Shown: piece by piece, positions 21,153-29,892 of the stretch | Layout: each line of letters starts with the position of its first letter | How positions within the stretch are numbered: the stretch's first letter is position 1 | From: an uncultured delta proteobacterium | GTDB taxonomy: Bacteria > Desulfobacterota > RBG-13-43-22 | Length of the DNA: 64,000 nt | NCBI GenBank assembly: GCA_963790475.1 | Contig: CAWBOS010000010.1 | Coordinates: 736,001 to 800,000 of the forward strand | Direction of reading: 5' to 3' | The notes under the pieces: model-generated | What the model was told of the DNA's origin: nothing | Databases searched by the model: none | Seen by the model: the letters and a program-made list of their open reading frames with translations, nothing else | Program-made: the position numbers and the translations under genes

Positions 21153-22536
21153 ATGATTAAAGGCAAGAAAAGGTTATCACTTGTTTAATCATCCTGGGGA
21201 TGGTCATCCTATTTATTTTTTAGGTTTTCATCCGGCCAGCGCTGCTGAAAGTCCGCCGGCTCAACCGGTAACCAATCAGCTGCCCCCTCCGGCTGTAAAT
21301 CCACCGGCGGCGACTAAGAAGGGCAACAGGTTTTGGAGGGTAAGGATATGGTCGTTATCGGCCTTATTTCACCCGAACTGGGCCCTTACGGCAAGGAGGG
21401 GCTGGACCAGCGGAGGGCAGCGGAAATGGCTGTAGAAGAGATTAATGCTGAAGGTGGGATTTTAGGGAAAAAGATTAAATTAATTCAGAGGGACACCAAG
21501 AGTAATCCAAGGATTGCCAAAGAAAATGCCATTGAGCTTTTTGAAAAAGAAGACGCTCAAATGATCTTCGGGGGAGTATCCAGCGCGGTTGCCCAGGTCA
21601 TTGGGAAAAGTGGCCAAGATGAAAGAAAAAATATTTTTTGGAACCTCCTCCTATTCCACCGACCTCACGGCCGAGGAAGGTCATAAATATATATTCCGGG
21701 AATGTTCTGATTCAAGGATGACCGCCAAGGTATTATCCGGCTTATTTGAAAAAGAATTTATCCCGGGAAGATACTTATTTTTATGTCACTGTTGATTATA
21801 ATTGGGGTGGACCACCGAGGAATTATTTCGGAAATTCACCGATACCACGGATAAATATCAGACATAGGAGTTTTCTCACCAAATCTGGGGGCCGATGATT
21901 TCAAGAGTGTCCTCAGTTTGGCCCAGGAGCTTGAGCACAGAAGTTTTGGTTCTTGATATTTATTCGGACGGGATATGGAGATCGCCGTAAAACAAGCCTA
22001 TGACCTGGGACTGAAAAATAAAATGCAGATCGTTGTCCCAAATATCACGATTGATATGGCCGATGGGGCCGGTCCGGAAGCGATGGAAGGGATCCTCAGC
22101 ACCAAGCCCTGGTACTGGAAACTGCCCTTCGAGGAAAATTAGACCAAAGGGATAACCTTCGTAAAAAAATATGAAGAAAAATTTCACCGTTATCCTTCAT
22201 CTCCGGCCGCCTCGGCCTATGTCTATCCTTTACCAATATAAGGAAGCCGTGGAACGGGCCAAGACCTTCGACACCCTGCCGGTGATCAAGGCCTTGGAAG
22301 ATCATAAATATATAGGATTAAAAGATGAACAACAATGGAGGGGGTTTGACCATCAATCCATTCAGACTGTTTTTGCCGTCAAGTGTAAAAAGGCGGAGGA
22401 AGTCAAGAAGGATAAATACCAGTCGGACTATTTTGAGGTCATAAACAAGATGAAGGGTGAGGAAGCCGCCATCACCAAAGAAGAGTGGGATGAGGTCAGA
22501 GCGGCGGTCAGTGCCGCCCCAGCCTTAGAAGAATAA
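21153..22536 (+). CDS. LivJ-type periplasmic substrate-binding protein, broken by multiple frameshifts
   Basis: RBS AGGAGG and ATG 21153; fragments IGLISPELGPY..AVEEINAEGGILGK..GGVSSAVA, YIFRE, SILYQYKEAVERA..QWRGFDHQ in successive frames. Confidence 0.75.
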
Positions 22537-22558
22537 TGACCAGAAGGAGTCTTAAAAA

Positions 22559-24919
22559 ATGACGATAAAAAAGAAACTTTCATTAAATGCTGTTGTGGTT
22601 TTAACGGCCATATCCATCATCATCGTTTCCGCCTTAATCAGTGCCAGGAGCGTTGATTTAAATGTCGGTATCCTGACCCAAAAAACCACTCCTTATCAAT
22701 TAAAAGCCTTGAATCAACAGAGAGAACTCCAGGCCCATTCGGCAAATCTGGTGAATCTTTCTTCTTCCATGACGATGGGCGACTATAAAAAATCAGCCCC
22801 ACTTATTTCAACTTCCCTGTCCGCCGTCTCCAAAGCCGCGGAAGAAATGGCCCGGTTAAAGGGTGAAAGTTCTTCGACGGACAAGACTATTCCGGAAATA
22901 ACCCGGGGGATTCAGGACATCACCGAGCGCAAGATCAAGGCCCAGGAGGAGGTGTTCATCGCTTCCAAATCCATTCAGGAAAGGTTGTCGGAGGTTACTA
23001 AAAAAATGGATGCCTTTGTTCGAAGTCTCCAGCAAAAGAACTCCGGCACCATGATTTCGGGTGTGGATAATCTCATGGGTGCCAATCAACACCTGAATAA
23101 TCTAAGTTTAGTCAGAAACGGCCTGAACGACATAAATTTTTCGCTATCCAAAATCCCGCTGAGCAATGATCGACGTACAGTAATCACTTTGAGAGATAAT
23201 ATCTTAAGTACGATTAAAACCATCAACCAGATTCTTAAGAATATAAAAGGCCTGGATAATATGGTCCAGGATCTGACTAAAAAACTGGCTATCCTGAGTG
23301 AAAAATTGACGGCAACCAACGGGATCGTTTTTTTACAGCTCAGATATATTATCGATGAGGATGGAAGTATGGGGGACAAAATCGAGACCATGGTCAAAGA
23401 GGCCGGATATAACCTTTCCTATCTTATTCCGACTATTGAAAAAACCCTGCTGGCCGCCAACAATACGGTCAAGAACAATACGGTCGATATGGCCAAGAAT
23501 ATGGAATCATTCAGCAATACAAATAATATTTTATCCTTGGCCTCAGGATTGTCACTGCTGAGTGCTTCCCTGGTGACGGGAATCAATAATTGCATTTATT
23601 CAAAAACCATGGCTGAGTTTAATCAATATATGGTCCTCGTTGATAGTCTTTTTAAAGAAGCGGGAGGCAAGGGGCAGAAATTGCAGGGCATCGTGGCCAA
23701 CTTGAAAAACAAAGAAGAGCTAAAAATGGTTAACTCCTATATGAGTGCCCTATCGACTGTAAAAAATGCCTTTTCCGCCGCAGGCGGCGTGTCGGAAAAG
23801 GTTAAGGCCTCTATCAAGAATGCTGAGGAACTGGAGGCCTTGAATAGTAAAATGCGAAATATTACCGTTGCTCACTTGAAAGAAAGTCAGAAGGAGGTAT
23901 CACAAGCCGGAGCCAATCAGGAAAACGTCGTTGCCTCCCTAAACCGGTCTTCAAAACTGACGATGCAGATCATCACTCTCGTTGGAGGAATGATCGTCCT
24001 GGTTACTTTGATTATGACGGTTATGATAACCCGATCGATCACCAAACCCATTAATCAGGTCGTGGAAGGGCTCCAGGACAGCGCCGGCCAAGTGGCCGCC
24101 GCTTCAGGGCAGGTTTCTTCCGCCAGTCAGTCTTTAGCCCAGGGAACTTCGGATCAGGCTGCCGGGATAGAGGAAACATCGGCTTCGATTGAAGAGATGG
24201 CCTCCATGACCAAACATAATGCCGAGAATGCCAATCAGGCCAATACCATGATGATCGATACCTCCCAGGTAGTAAATGAAGCTAATCGATCTATGGGCGA
24301 ATTAACTGAATCGATGAAAGAGATTTCGAGTGCCAGTGAGGAGACGGCAAAAATTATCAGGACTATTGATGAAATTGCTTTTCAGACTAATCTGTTAGCC
24401 TTAAATGCCGCCGTGGAAGCCGCCCGGGCCGGAGAGGCTGGAGCCGGATTTGCTACCGTGGCCGACGAGGTGAGAAATTTGGCCTTGAGAGCCGCGGATG
24501 CCGCCAGAAATACGACCGATTTGATCGAGGGGACGGTCAAAAAAATAAAAATCGGATCGGAAATTGTCGGGAGGACCAACGAGGCCTTTTCCAAGGTATC
24601 GACGGGTGCCAAAAAGGTGGGGGAGATTATAGGTGAGATTAAGGCGGCATCCTATGAACAGTCTCAAGGGATTGAACAGATCAACAAAGCGATTACCGAG
24701 ATGGAAAAAGTGGTCCAGAAAAACGCTGCTAATGCCGAAGAATCCGCATCGGCATCAGAGGAAATGAATGCCCAGGCGGAGACCTTGAAAGGATTTGTAA
24801 GGCAGTTGACATCATTGGTGGGCGATAGAACAAATAATAAGGGCCTGGATAACGGGCCCATTGGAAGGGATGATCTGCAATTCATTGAAATGAAAGGGGA
24901 GCCGGTCTCCGATCGATAA
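22559..24919 (+). CDS. Methyl-accepting chemotaxis protein with a large periplasmic sensor domain
   Basis: Two TM segments; [29 protein letters not shown] signalling hairpin. Confidence 0.95.
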   Translation: MTIKKKLSLNAVVVLTAISIIIVSALISARSVDLNVGILTQKTTPYQLKALNQQRELQAHSANLVNLSSSMTMGDYKKSAPLISTSLSAVSKAAEEMARLKGESSSTDKTIPEITRGIQDITERKIKAQEEVFIASKSIQERLSEVTKKMDAFVRSLQQKNSGTMISGVDNLMGANQHLNNLSLVRNGLNDINFSLSKIPLSNDRRTVITLRDNILSTIKTINQILKNIKGLDNMVQDLTKKLAILSEKLTATNGIVFLQLRYIIDEDGSMGDKIETMVKEAGYNLSYLIPTIEKTLLAANNTVKNNTVDMAKNMESFSNTNNILSLASGLSLLSASLVTGINNCIYSKTMAEFNQYMVLVDSLFKEAGGKGQKLQGIVANLKNKEELKMVNSYMSALSTVKNAFSAAGGVSEKVKASIKNAEELEALNSKMRNITVAHLKESQKEVSQAGANQENVVASLNRSSKLTMQIITLVGGMIVLVTLIMTVMITRSITKPINQVVEGLQDSAGQVAAASGQVSSASQSLAQGTSDQAAGIEETSASIEEMASMTKHNAENANQANTMMIDTSQVVNEANRSMGELTESMKEISSASEETAKIIRTIDEIAFQTNLLALNAAVEAARAGEAGAGFATVADEVRNLALRAADAARNTTDLIEGTVKKIKIGSEIVGRTNEAFSKVSTGAKKVGEIIGEIKAASYEQSQGIEQINKAITEMEKVVQKNAANAEESASASEEMNAQAETLKGFVRQLTSLVGDRTNNKGLDNGPIGRDDLQFIEMKGEPVSDR

Positions 24920-24970
24920 TCATCTTCGCTTTGTTATTAACCGTAATACTTTTTCTGATCGCAATGATAA

Positions 24971-26158
24971 ATGTACCTGACCTCATTTGTTCATCGTGAA
25001 CAACCTTTCGAGATAGCCGAACGCTGGATCTGCGGTCGTCCAGCGGAAGACGACATCCAACGATTCACTGAAATATTGATCTGCGATGGTTTTGTGTTAG
25101 GGGAAATCCTGGAGGACTTTAACGAGTTTTTGCTGGGAACCATTTTTGAAACCCCCTACAAGAAGAAGCGAATTCACTTCAAAGGGGAGTTGAGGGACGC
25201 CTTAAGCCGAAATCCTAATGGCACGACTCCGCGCCTGAGAGAACTTTTTGGACTTTATGAAAAAAATCCCGATTATTTTTACCGCGAAGCCCCCATTAAC
25301 GGTGTCGTCTGCCTGGACGACACTGATCACTTATTAGGGCTATATCGGATCAAACGTTCTAAAAGGATCGCTGAAAAAGCCAACCGCAGGATCGCAAACT
25401 GGATTTTTCAAAAGGTTCAAACAGTGGCCCAGGAGCTGGCCGGCGAACGGGCCAAACAGTCTCATATTCCCCTGGAATGGTTTGTGACTCCCCAAGAGGA
25501 AATGACCCGGGAGTTCATCCGAGCCGAAGAAGAGATCGCCCGAAGTTTTAAAGAATGTCGGATCAAGTTCGACCGATCCGCTCTGACCCTAGATGATGTC
25601 GGTGCGATCAAAGTTATTGCCGATTCCGAAAGATTAAATTTTCTGGAAAAGACTCTGAATGAACACTCGCAGATTCGAGTGATTGAAAAGGAAGATTTTA
25701 AGGGGAATTATCGAGCCACCAACTTGATCCTGGAGATCGGTTGGGATGCCGAGATTGTCTGTCGTACCTATAGAAATGGGCGGAGCTGGGAAAAATATCT
25801 CGACCGGGGAATAGCGGAAGACCAATTAAAAAAAGGTTTGGAGCCATTCCTGGACGGCGCTCAACCGACCCTGATCATTGAGCTGATCCTTTCCACCTTT
25901 TCTGATATGGTGGAATCGGAACTGGGAATAAGTATTCATGAGGAAAGAATCATAACCCAAAGGGGTAATAACAGTTATCGAGGCTATATCCCTATCAATG
26001 TTGAATTCCTGATTGAATACCTTTTTGCAGCAGGTTTCAGCCCGAAGATAAAGATTGACCGGATACCCATAAAACTTTGGGGAAGGTACTTGCCAGAGAC
26101 TCTCAGTTCCTATGTGCGGAGTTTATACAATTTACCGGAGCACGATCTTTATTATTAG
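24971..26158 (+). CDS. Hypothetical protein with degenerate RelA/SpoT-synthetase-like (nucleotidyltransferase) motifs
   Basis: 395-aa ORF; ordered motifs RIKRSKRIAEK, DDVGAIKVI, GNYRATNL, IELILST, ESELGISIH; the CDS is confident, the function tentative. Confidence 0.6.
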   Translation: MYLTSFVHREQPFEIAERWICGRPAEDDIQRFTEILICDGFVLGEILEDFNEFLLGTIFETPYKKKRIHFKGELRDALSRNPNGTTPRLRELFGLYEKNPDYFYREAPINGVVCLDDTDHLLGLYRIKRSKRIAEKANRRIANWIFQKVQTVAQELAGERAKQSHIPLEWFVTPQEEMTREFIRAEEEIARSFKECRIKFDRSALTLDDVGAIKVIADSERLNFLEKTLNEHSQIRVIEKEDFKGNYRATNLILEIGWDAEIVCRTYRNGRSWEKYLDRGIAEDQLKKGLEPFLDGAQPTLIIELILSTFSDMVESELGISIHEERIITQRGNNSYRGYIPINVEFLIEYLFAAGFSPKIKIDRIPIKLWGRYLPETLSSYVRSLYNLPEHDLYY

Positions 26159-26350
26159 CTTTTTATTTTAGCCTTTTGCCAAAGACTTTTCAGCCTCTTT
26201 CCCACTAAATCAACCATCCTTCACTTCAGGCTGAAACTGGTTCCCGGCCTTCGCTGGCAGGCGTCTGGTTCTCCGCTCTCCCATCAGACCCAGGGCAGGG
26301 TTTTCAAGGTGACAACCTTTCTGGAGTTTGGCAGCAGGTTCAATCGGCAC

Positions 26351-26390
26351 AAAAAAAGGCCAAGGAGACATCTTGATTGTTTCCTTGGCC
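26351..26390 (-). terminator. Rho-independent terminator of the minus-strand MCP gene
   Basis: GGCCAAGGAGACA/TGTTTCCTTGGCC stem with adjacent A7 (U-tract on the minus strand). Confidence 0.7.
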
Positions 26391-26445
26391 CGGTCTTTCT
26401 TTGTTGATGCCTGTCTAACCTAGACTCGGATACAAAAAGTTTGTT

Positions 26446-28104
26446 TTAGAATTCTCTAAAATCTTCTTCCATTGGAATGATCTGTTCGGGGGTGATTTCC
26501 TTATGTTTTGGACTGGGAGAGGAGGCAGCTTTTTTCTCCTTGGAGGCCGAGGCGATCCTGAGTTTGGAATCCCTATTCCCGAAAGATGTTTGGGAAATGG
26601 ACTTGGGGGTGAGACTCCTCCTGACTTGAAGAAGGTGTTTCGGGGGAACAATCTTATACCCATTACCGTTGCCATTCCCTTTCAACACCGCCGCCAACTC
26701 CTTGATGAAACCTTTCAAACGCTCTGCCTGGGCCTTCATTTCCTCAGCCGCGGCAGCTGATTCTTGGGCATTAGTTGTGTTCTTTTGGGTCACCTTGTCC
26801 ATTTCGGCCACTGCCTTACTGACCTGAGATATGCCCTGGGCTTGTTCTTGACTGGCCGCTGCGATTTCATCAATCAGCATGCTGATTTTTCTGGAGATCT
26901 CCACATTTTTATTGAAGGCTTCCTGGGTTGCCAGGGTCAACTCATTCCCGCTTTTGACCGACTTGATCGTATTTTCAATTAAACTGCTGGTGTTTTTAGC
27001 GGCATCGGCCGCCCGCATCGCCAAGTTTCTCACTTCATCGGCTACCACGGCAAACCCGGCCCCGGCCTCTCCGGCACGGGCTGCTTCTACTGCCGCATTC
27101 AAGGCCAAAAGATTTGTCTGGAAGGCAATCTCGTCGATGGTTTTAATAATCTTGCTCGTTTCCTCGCTGGACTTGGTGATTTCTCCGATGGATTCGGCCA
27201 TCTGGGTCATATGATGACTCACGTTTCCCACGATTTGACTGGCCTCCCCCATCATGGCCCTGGCTTGTTGGGCGTTATCAGCATTCTGTTTGGTCATGGC
27301 CGACATCTCTTCCAGAGAGGAAGAGGTTTCTTCGAGTCCGGCGGCTTGTTGAGAAGACCCCTCGGCCAGCGACTGGCTGGCCGAAGAAACCTGAACCGAA
27401 GCACCGGACACATGGTCTGAACCTTCCTTAATACCGGCGACCACCCGTTGGATAGGCCTGGTAATTGAAATGGTTAGAAAAATCCCAAGAGATATCGCTA
27501 ATAAAGTCCCCAGTCCTCCTATGATCCAGGAGAACCAGGAGGCTGCAGTAGCTGTCTTTAAATTCCATTCCATCTTTTTCTGAATGGACCCCGCCTGTAA
27601 ATCAGAAAACTTCTCCAATAAACCAGAGATTTTGTTCGTTTTTGAATAAACCTCATCTTTCAATAAATTCCGAGATTCCTCAAGTTTTCCCTCTATAGCC
27701 AGATTGATCAATTTATCACGCAAAGGAAGGTATTGGATTATTTCTGACTTAAGACCGTCCACGGCCTTCCGTTCCTCTTCTGTTTTAAGGATCTTGGCGA
27801 TCTTATCGGAATTCTCGATCATTATTTGATCCAATTCTTTTATCTTGACAATATTCGTCGAGATCTCTTTGGTGTAAAGAAATTTATCCAAAAGAATATC
27901 CCTGATCAATCCGACGGATTTCTGAAACCCGACGGCCATCTCGGAAATATAAATTTGTGACTTGATATTCTTCTCCTGGATTTCTTTCCCGGCTTTAACC
28001 AGAGCACTTATCTTAGAAATTCCGTTAAATCCGACGATCATAGTAAGGCAGGCAACAATTACAAAACTTCCAATCAATTTGATGCTTAATTTCAGATTTT
28101 TCAT
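26446..28104 (-). CDS. Methyl-accepting chemotaxis protein (4HB_MCP-type sensor)
   Basis: [15 protein letters not shown]-terminus, two TMs, [37 protein letters not shown]; C-terminal EEDFREF tail resembling a CheR/CheB tethering pentapeptide. Confidence 0.95.
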   Translation of the reverse strand: MKNLKLSIKLIGSFVIVACLTMIVGFNGISKISALVKAGKEIQEKNIKSQIYISEMAVGFQKSVGLIRDILLDKFLYTKEISTNIVKIKELDQIMIENSDKIAKILKTEEERKAVDGLKSEIIQYLPLRDKLINLAIEGKLEESRNLLKDEVYSKTNKISGLLEKFSDLQAGSIQKKMEWNLKTATAASWFSWIIGGLGTLLAISLGIFLTISITRPIQRVVAGIKEGSDHVSGASVQVSSASQSLAEGSSQQAAGLEETSSSLEEMSAMTKQNADNAQQARAMMGEASQIVGNVSHHMTQMAESIGEITKSSEETSKIIKTIDEIAFQTNLLALNAAVEAARAGEAGAGFAVVADEVRNLAMRAADAAKNTSSLIENTIKSVKSGNELTLATQEAFNKNVEISRKISMLIDEIAAASQEQAQGISQVSKAVAEMDKVTQKNTTNAQESAAAAEEMKAQAERLKGFIKELAAVLKGNGNGNGYKIVPPKHLLQVRRSLTPKSISQTSFGNRDSKLRIASASKEKKAASSPSPKHKEITPEQIIPMEEDFREF

Positions 28105-28414
28105 CCTGTGGACCTCCTAGACATCGCTTTGGTCTTTCTTCTCAACCAGAGACCGTATGTTTTATTATTTTGCCACGTGAAAACTGATAGTTTTTCCTGC
28201 TTACTTAAATATTCAAAGTTATTAAAACCATCTATTCGCTTTACTGGTTTATTGTCCAGAGTTCACATAATAGGCCATCCCAGAAAATAACTGGAGGCCC
28301 AAAGGGAATTATTTAGAAAGATCCTGATCATGACTATCAGGATACTGGCTTTTCATGGGAATGGCCTATCAGGGGTCTTTTTTCGATACGGTCATTTAAG
28401 ATCTGTAATCAGAT

Positions 28415-28630
28415 CTAATAGGCCTCTCTTTTAGCCAGAATTGACCTTCTAATACCGAGATCCTGTTTGTCTTTCGCTCCCCGGATGGTCAGCAGGATTT
28501 CCTCCATATCGAAACGCCAGGAATCCCCCAATCTAAAACCCGGGATCTCTCCGTTACCGGCCAACTTATAGATGGTTGATTCAGAAAGCTTCAAGTATTG
28601 CCCCAATTCTTTAGCTGTAACGATTTTCAC
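28415..28630 (-). CDS. Small excisionase-like helix-turn-helix DNA-binding protein (HTH_17)
   Basis: VTAKELGQYLKLSESTIYKLAGNGEIPGFRLGDSWRF motif; RBS AGGAGG upstream. Confidence 0.85.
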   Translation of the reverse strand: MKIVTAKELGQYLKLSESTIYKLAGNGEIPGFRLGDSWRFDMEEILLTIRGAKDKQDLGIRRSILAKREAY

Positions 28631-28661
28631 TGGGAACGCCCTCCTTTGCCTGTTATGAAAT

Positions 28662-28689
28662 CTATCGGCATTTAGGGGTAAGAACTTTA
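28662..28689 (-). promoter_or_regulatory. Sigma-28 (FliA) promoter for the HTH gene and probably the MCP
   Basis: Minus strand reads TAAAGTTCTTACCCCTAAATGCCGATAG, i.e. TAAA-N16-GCCGATAG. Confidence 0.7.
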
Positions 28690-28710
28690 ATCGGGAAATT
28701 TGCTACTATA

Positions 28711-28826
28711 TGTAAATTACTTTTGCCAAAGGGATGTGCCGGGATGAGGCGAGATGAGGGGGGATAAGTCATTAAAATAATGAAATTTCCAGAATTACAT
28801 GGAAGAAAAGTTTGAATCTGCCAAAA
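28711..28826 (+). repeat. Left end: terminal IR plus degenerate subterminal transposase-binding-like sites
   Basis: TGTAAATTACTTTTGCCAAA; further partial copies TGAAATTTCCAGAA (~28774-28794) and ..TCTGCCAAAA (~28806-28826) resemble the right-end repeats. Confidence 0.7.
28731..28768 (+). repeat. 10-bp-period tandem repeat GGGATG-like x4 just inside the left end
   Basis: GGGATGTGCC GGGATGAGGC GAGATGAGGG GGGATAAG. Confidence 0.75.
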
Positions 28827-28958
28827 ATCAAGATATCTACCCTTCCTTAAAAAATCTAAGAACTCACCATTTTAATCATAAGTATTTAATAAGAAAAGAA
28901 AAACAATCTTTCTCTGAAAAAATAATGGAAATCTTAAATTACATTTTAAAAAAAGTCC

Positions 28959-29004
28959 TTGACAACGAATACTATTATTTAATAAAATACAGCTAAATGT
29001 TTAG
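28959..29004 (+). promoter_or_regulatory. Sigma70 promoter and operator copy 1 upstream of the MerR-like gene
   Basis: TTGACA-N18-TAAAAT overlapping AATACAGCTAAATGTTTAG (28986-29004). Confidence 0.6.
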
Positions 29005-29016
29005 AAGGCTAAATAT

Positions 29017-29623
29017 ATGGATGACCGACTATTTTTAAATAATGAAGTGAGTAAAATAACAGGATTAACCAAAAGACAAGTATTGAGCTGGACGGAAAAA
29101 GGTTTGATTCTCCCAAAGGAGCCAGCAAGAAAAGCTGGCAAGATGCGAGGATACAGTTACGAAAATCTGCTTGAGTTTGGACTAGCAAAGCATTTGATCG
29201 ATATCATAGGCCTGCAATTTTATTCGGTTAATAAAATCCTTGAAGAGATAAGAGAAGATGGCGATTTTAAGGCCTGGGCAAAAGATTATTTTAAATATTC
29301 CTTGAGCTACTCCTATAAAATAAAGAATCAAAAAAAAGAAGAGTTGGTAGGATTCTAATACACAAACAAGAGTAAATGTTTCTCAAAAAAATAAGGGGAC
29401 ACTTTATTATATCTATTCGAACTATCTGAGTGAAAAAGGAGAGTCTTATTTAGAAACCATTAGGCTGATCTCTCCTTGGGGGGTTTTGGATACAGTGAAA
29501 GCCTTTCAACAGGCAGGCCTAAATTCTGAAGAAATAGAAACGACCTTTAAGGATGGTATTATTGTTAATTTGGGTGAGATAAAGGAAGAAATAGACAAAG
29601 GAATCAAAAACATTAAAAAATAG
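29017..29623 (+). CDS. MerR-family HTH transcriptional regulator (probable element repressor); one +1 frameshift at ~29350
   Basis: EVSKITGLTKRQVLSWTEKGLILP..RGYSYENLLEF MerR HTH. The open +1 frame from 29351 (DSNTQTRV...GIIVNLGEIKEEID..) to TAG 29623 would give ~200 aa. Confidence 0.75.
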
Positions 29624-29637
29624 TTTTTTTTGGTCGT

Positions 29638-29659
29638 TATAATACATCTAGATGTTTAG
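29638..29659 (+). promoter_or_regulatory. -10 box and operator copy 2 upstream of the transposition operon
   Basis: TATAAT overlapping AATACATCTAGATGTTTAG with perfect palindrome ACATCTAGATGT; 17/19 identical to 28986-29004. Confidence 0.65.
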
Positions 29660-29685
29660 CTGCCTAATTATATGGAGGTTTTAAA

Positions 29686-29892
29686 ATGAGACTTTGGCTA
29701 AAAGTTAAAATACTGGACAATTATAAAACCCAGCGTGCTTTTGCCGTGTCCTGTTCCAGAACCGAAGACTGGATCTCACGAATAGTCCGGGGAATTAAAG
29801 ATCCGCCTAAAGAAGAAAAAGAACTGATCGCCCAAAAACTTGGTGCCAGCGACCCTGAACAAATCGACCATTTATTCTTCAACAAAGAGTGA
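29686..29892 (+). CDS. Small XRE/Cro-like HTH protein (Ner/Cro-position gene)
   Basis: TQRAFAVSCSRTEDWISRIVRGIKDP XRE HTH; RBS GGAGG; overlaps the transposase start. Confidence 0.8.
   Translation: MRLWLKVKILDNYKTQRAFAVSCSRTEDWISRIVRGIKDPPKEEKELIAQKLGASDPEQIDHLFFNKE

Noticed and set aside
26160-26350. Riboswitch-like GC-rich segment between convergent genes
   Set aside because: Lacks c-di-GMP-I and cobalamin consensus elements and lies 3' of both flanking genes.
28415-28630. Excisionase-like gene as part of the mobile element
   Set aside because: It lies outside the left terminal repeat, has a sigma-28-like promoter and is co-oriented with the MCP; the element uses a DDE transposase.
28799-28996. 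65-aa ORF in the element's left end
   Set aside because: AT-rich low-complexity frame overlapping end repeats and a promoter, with no convincing RBS.
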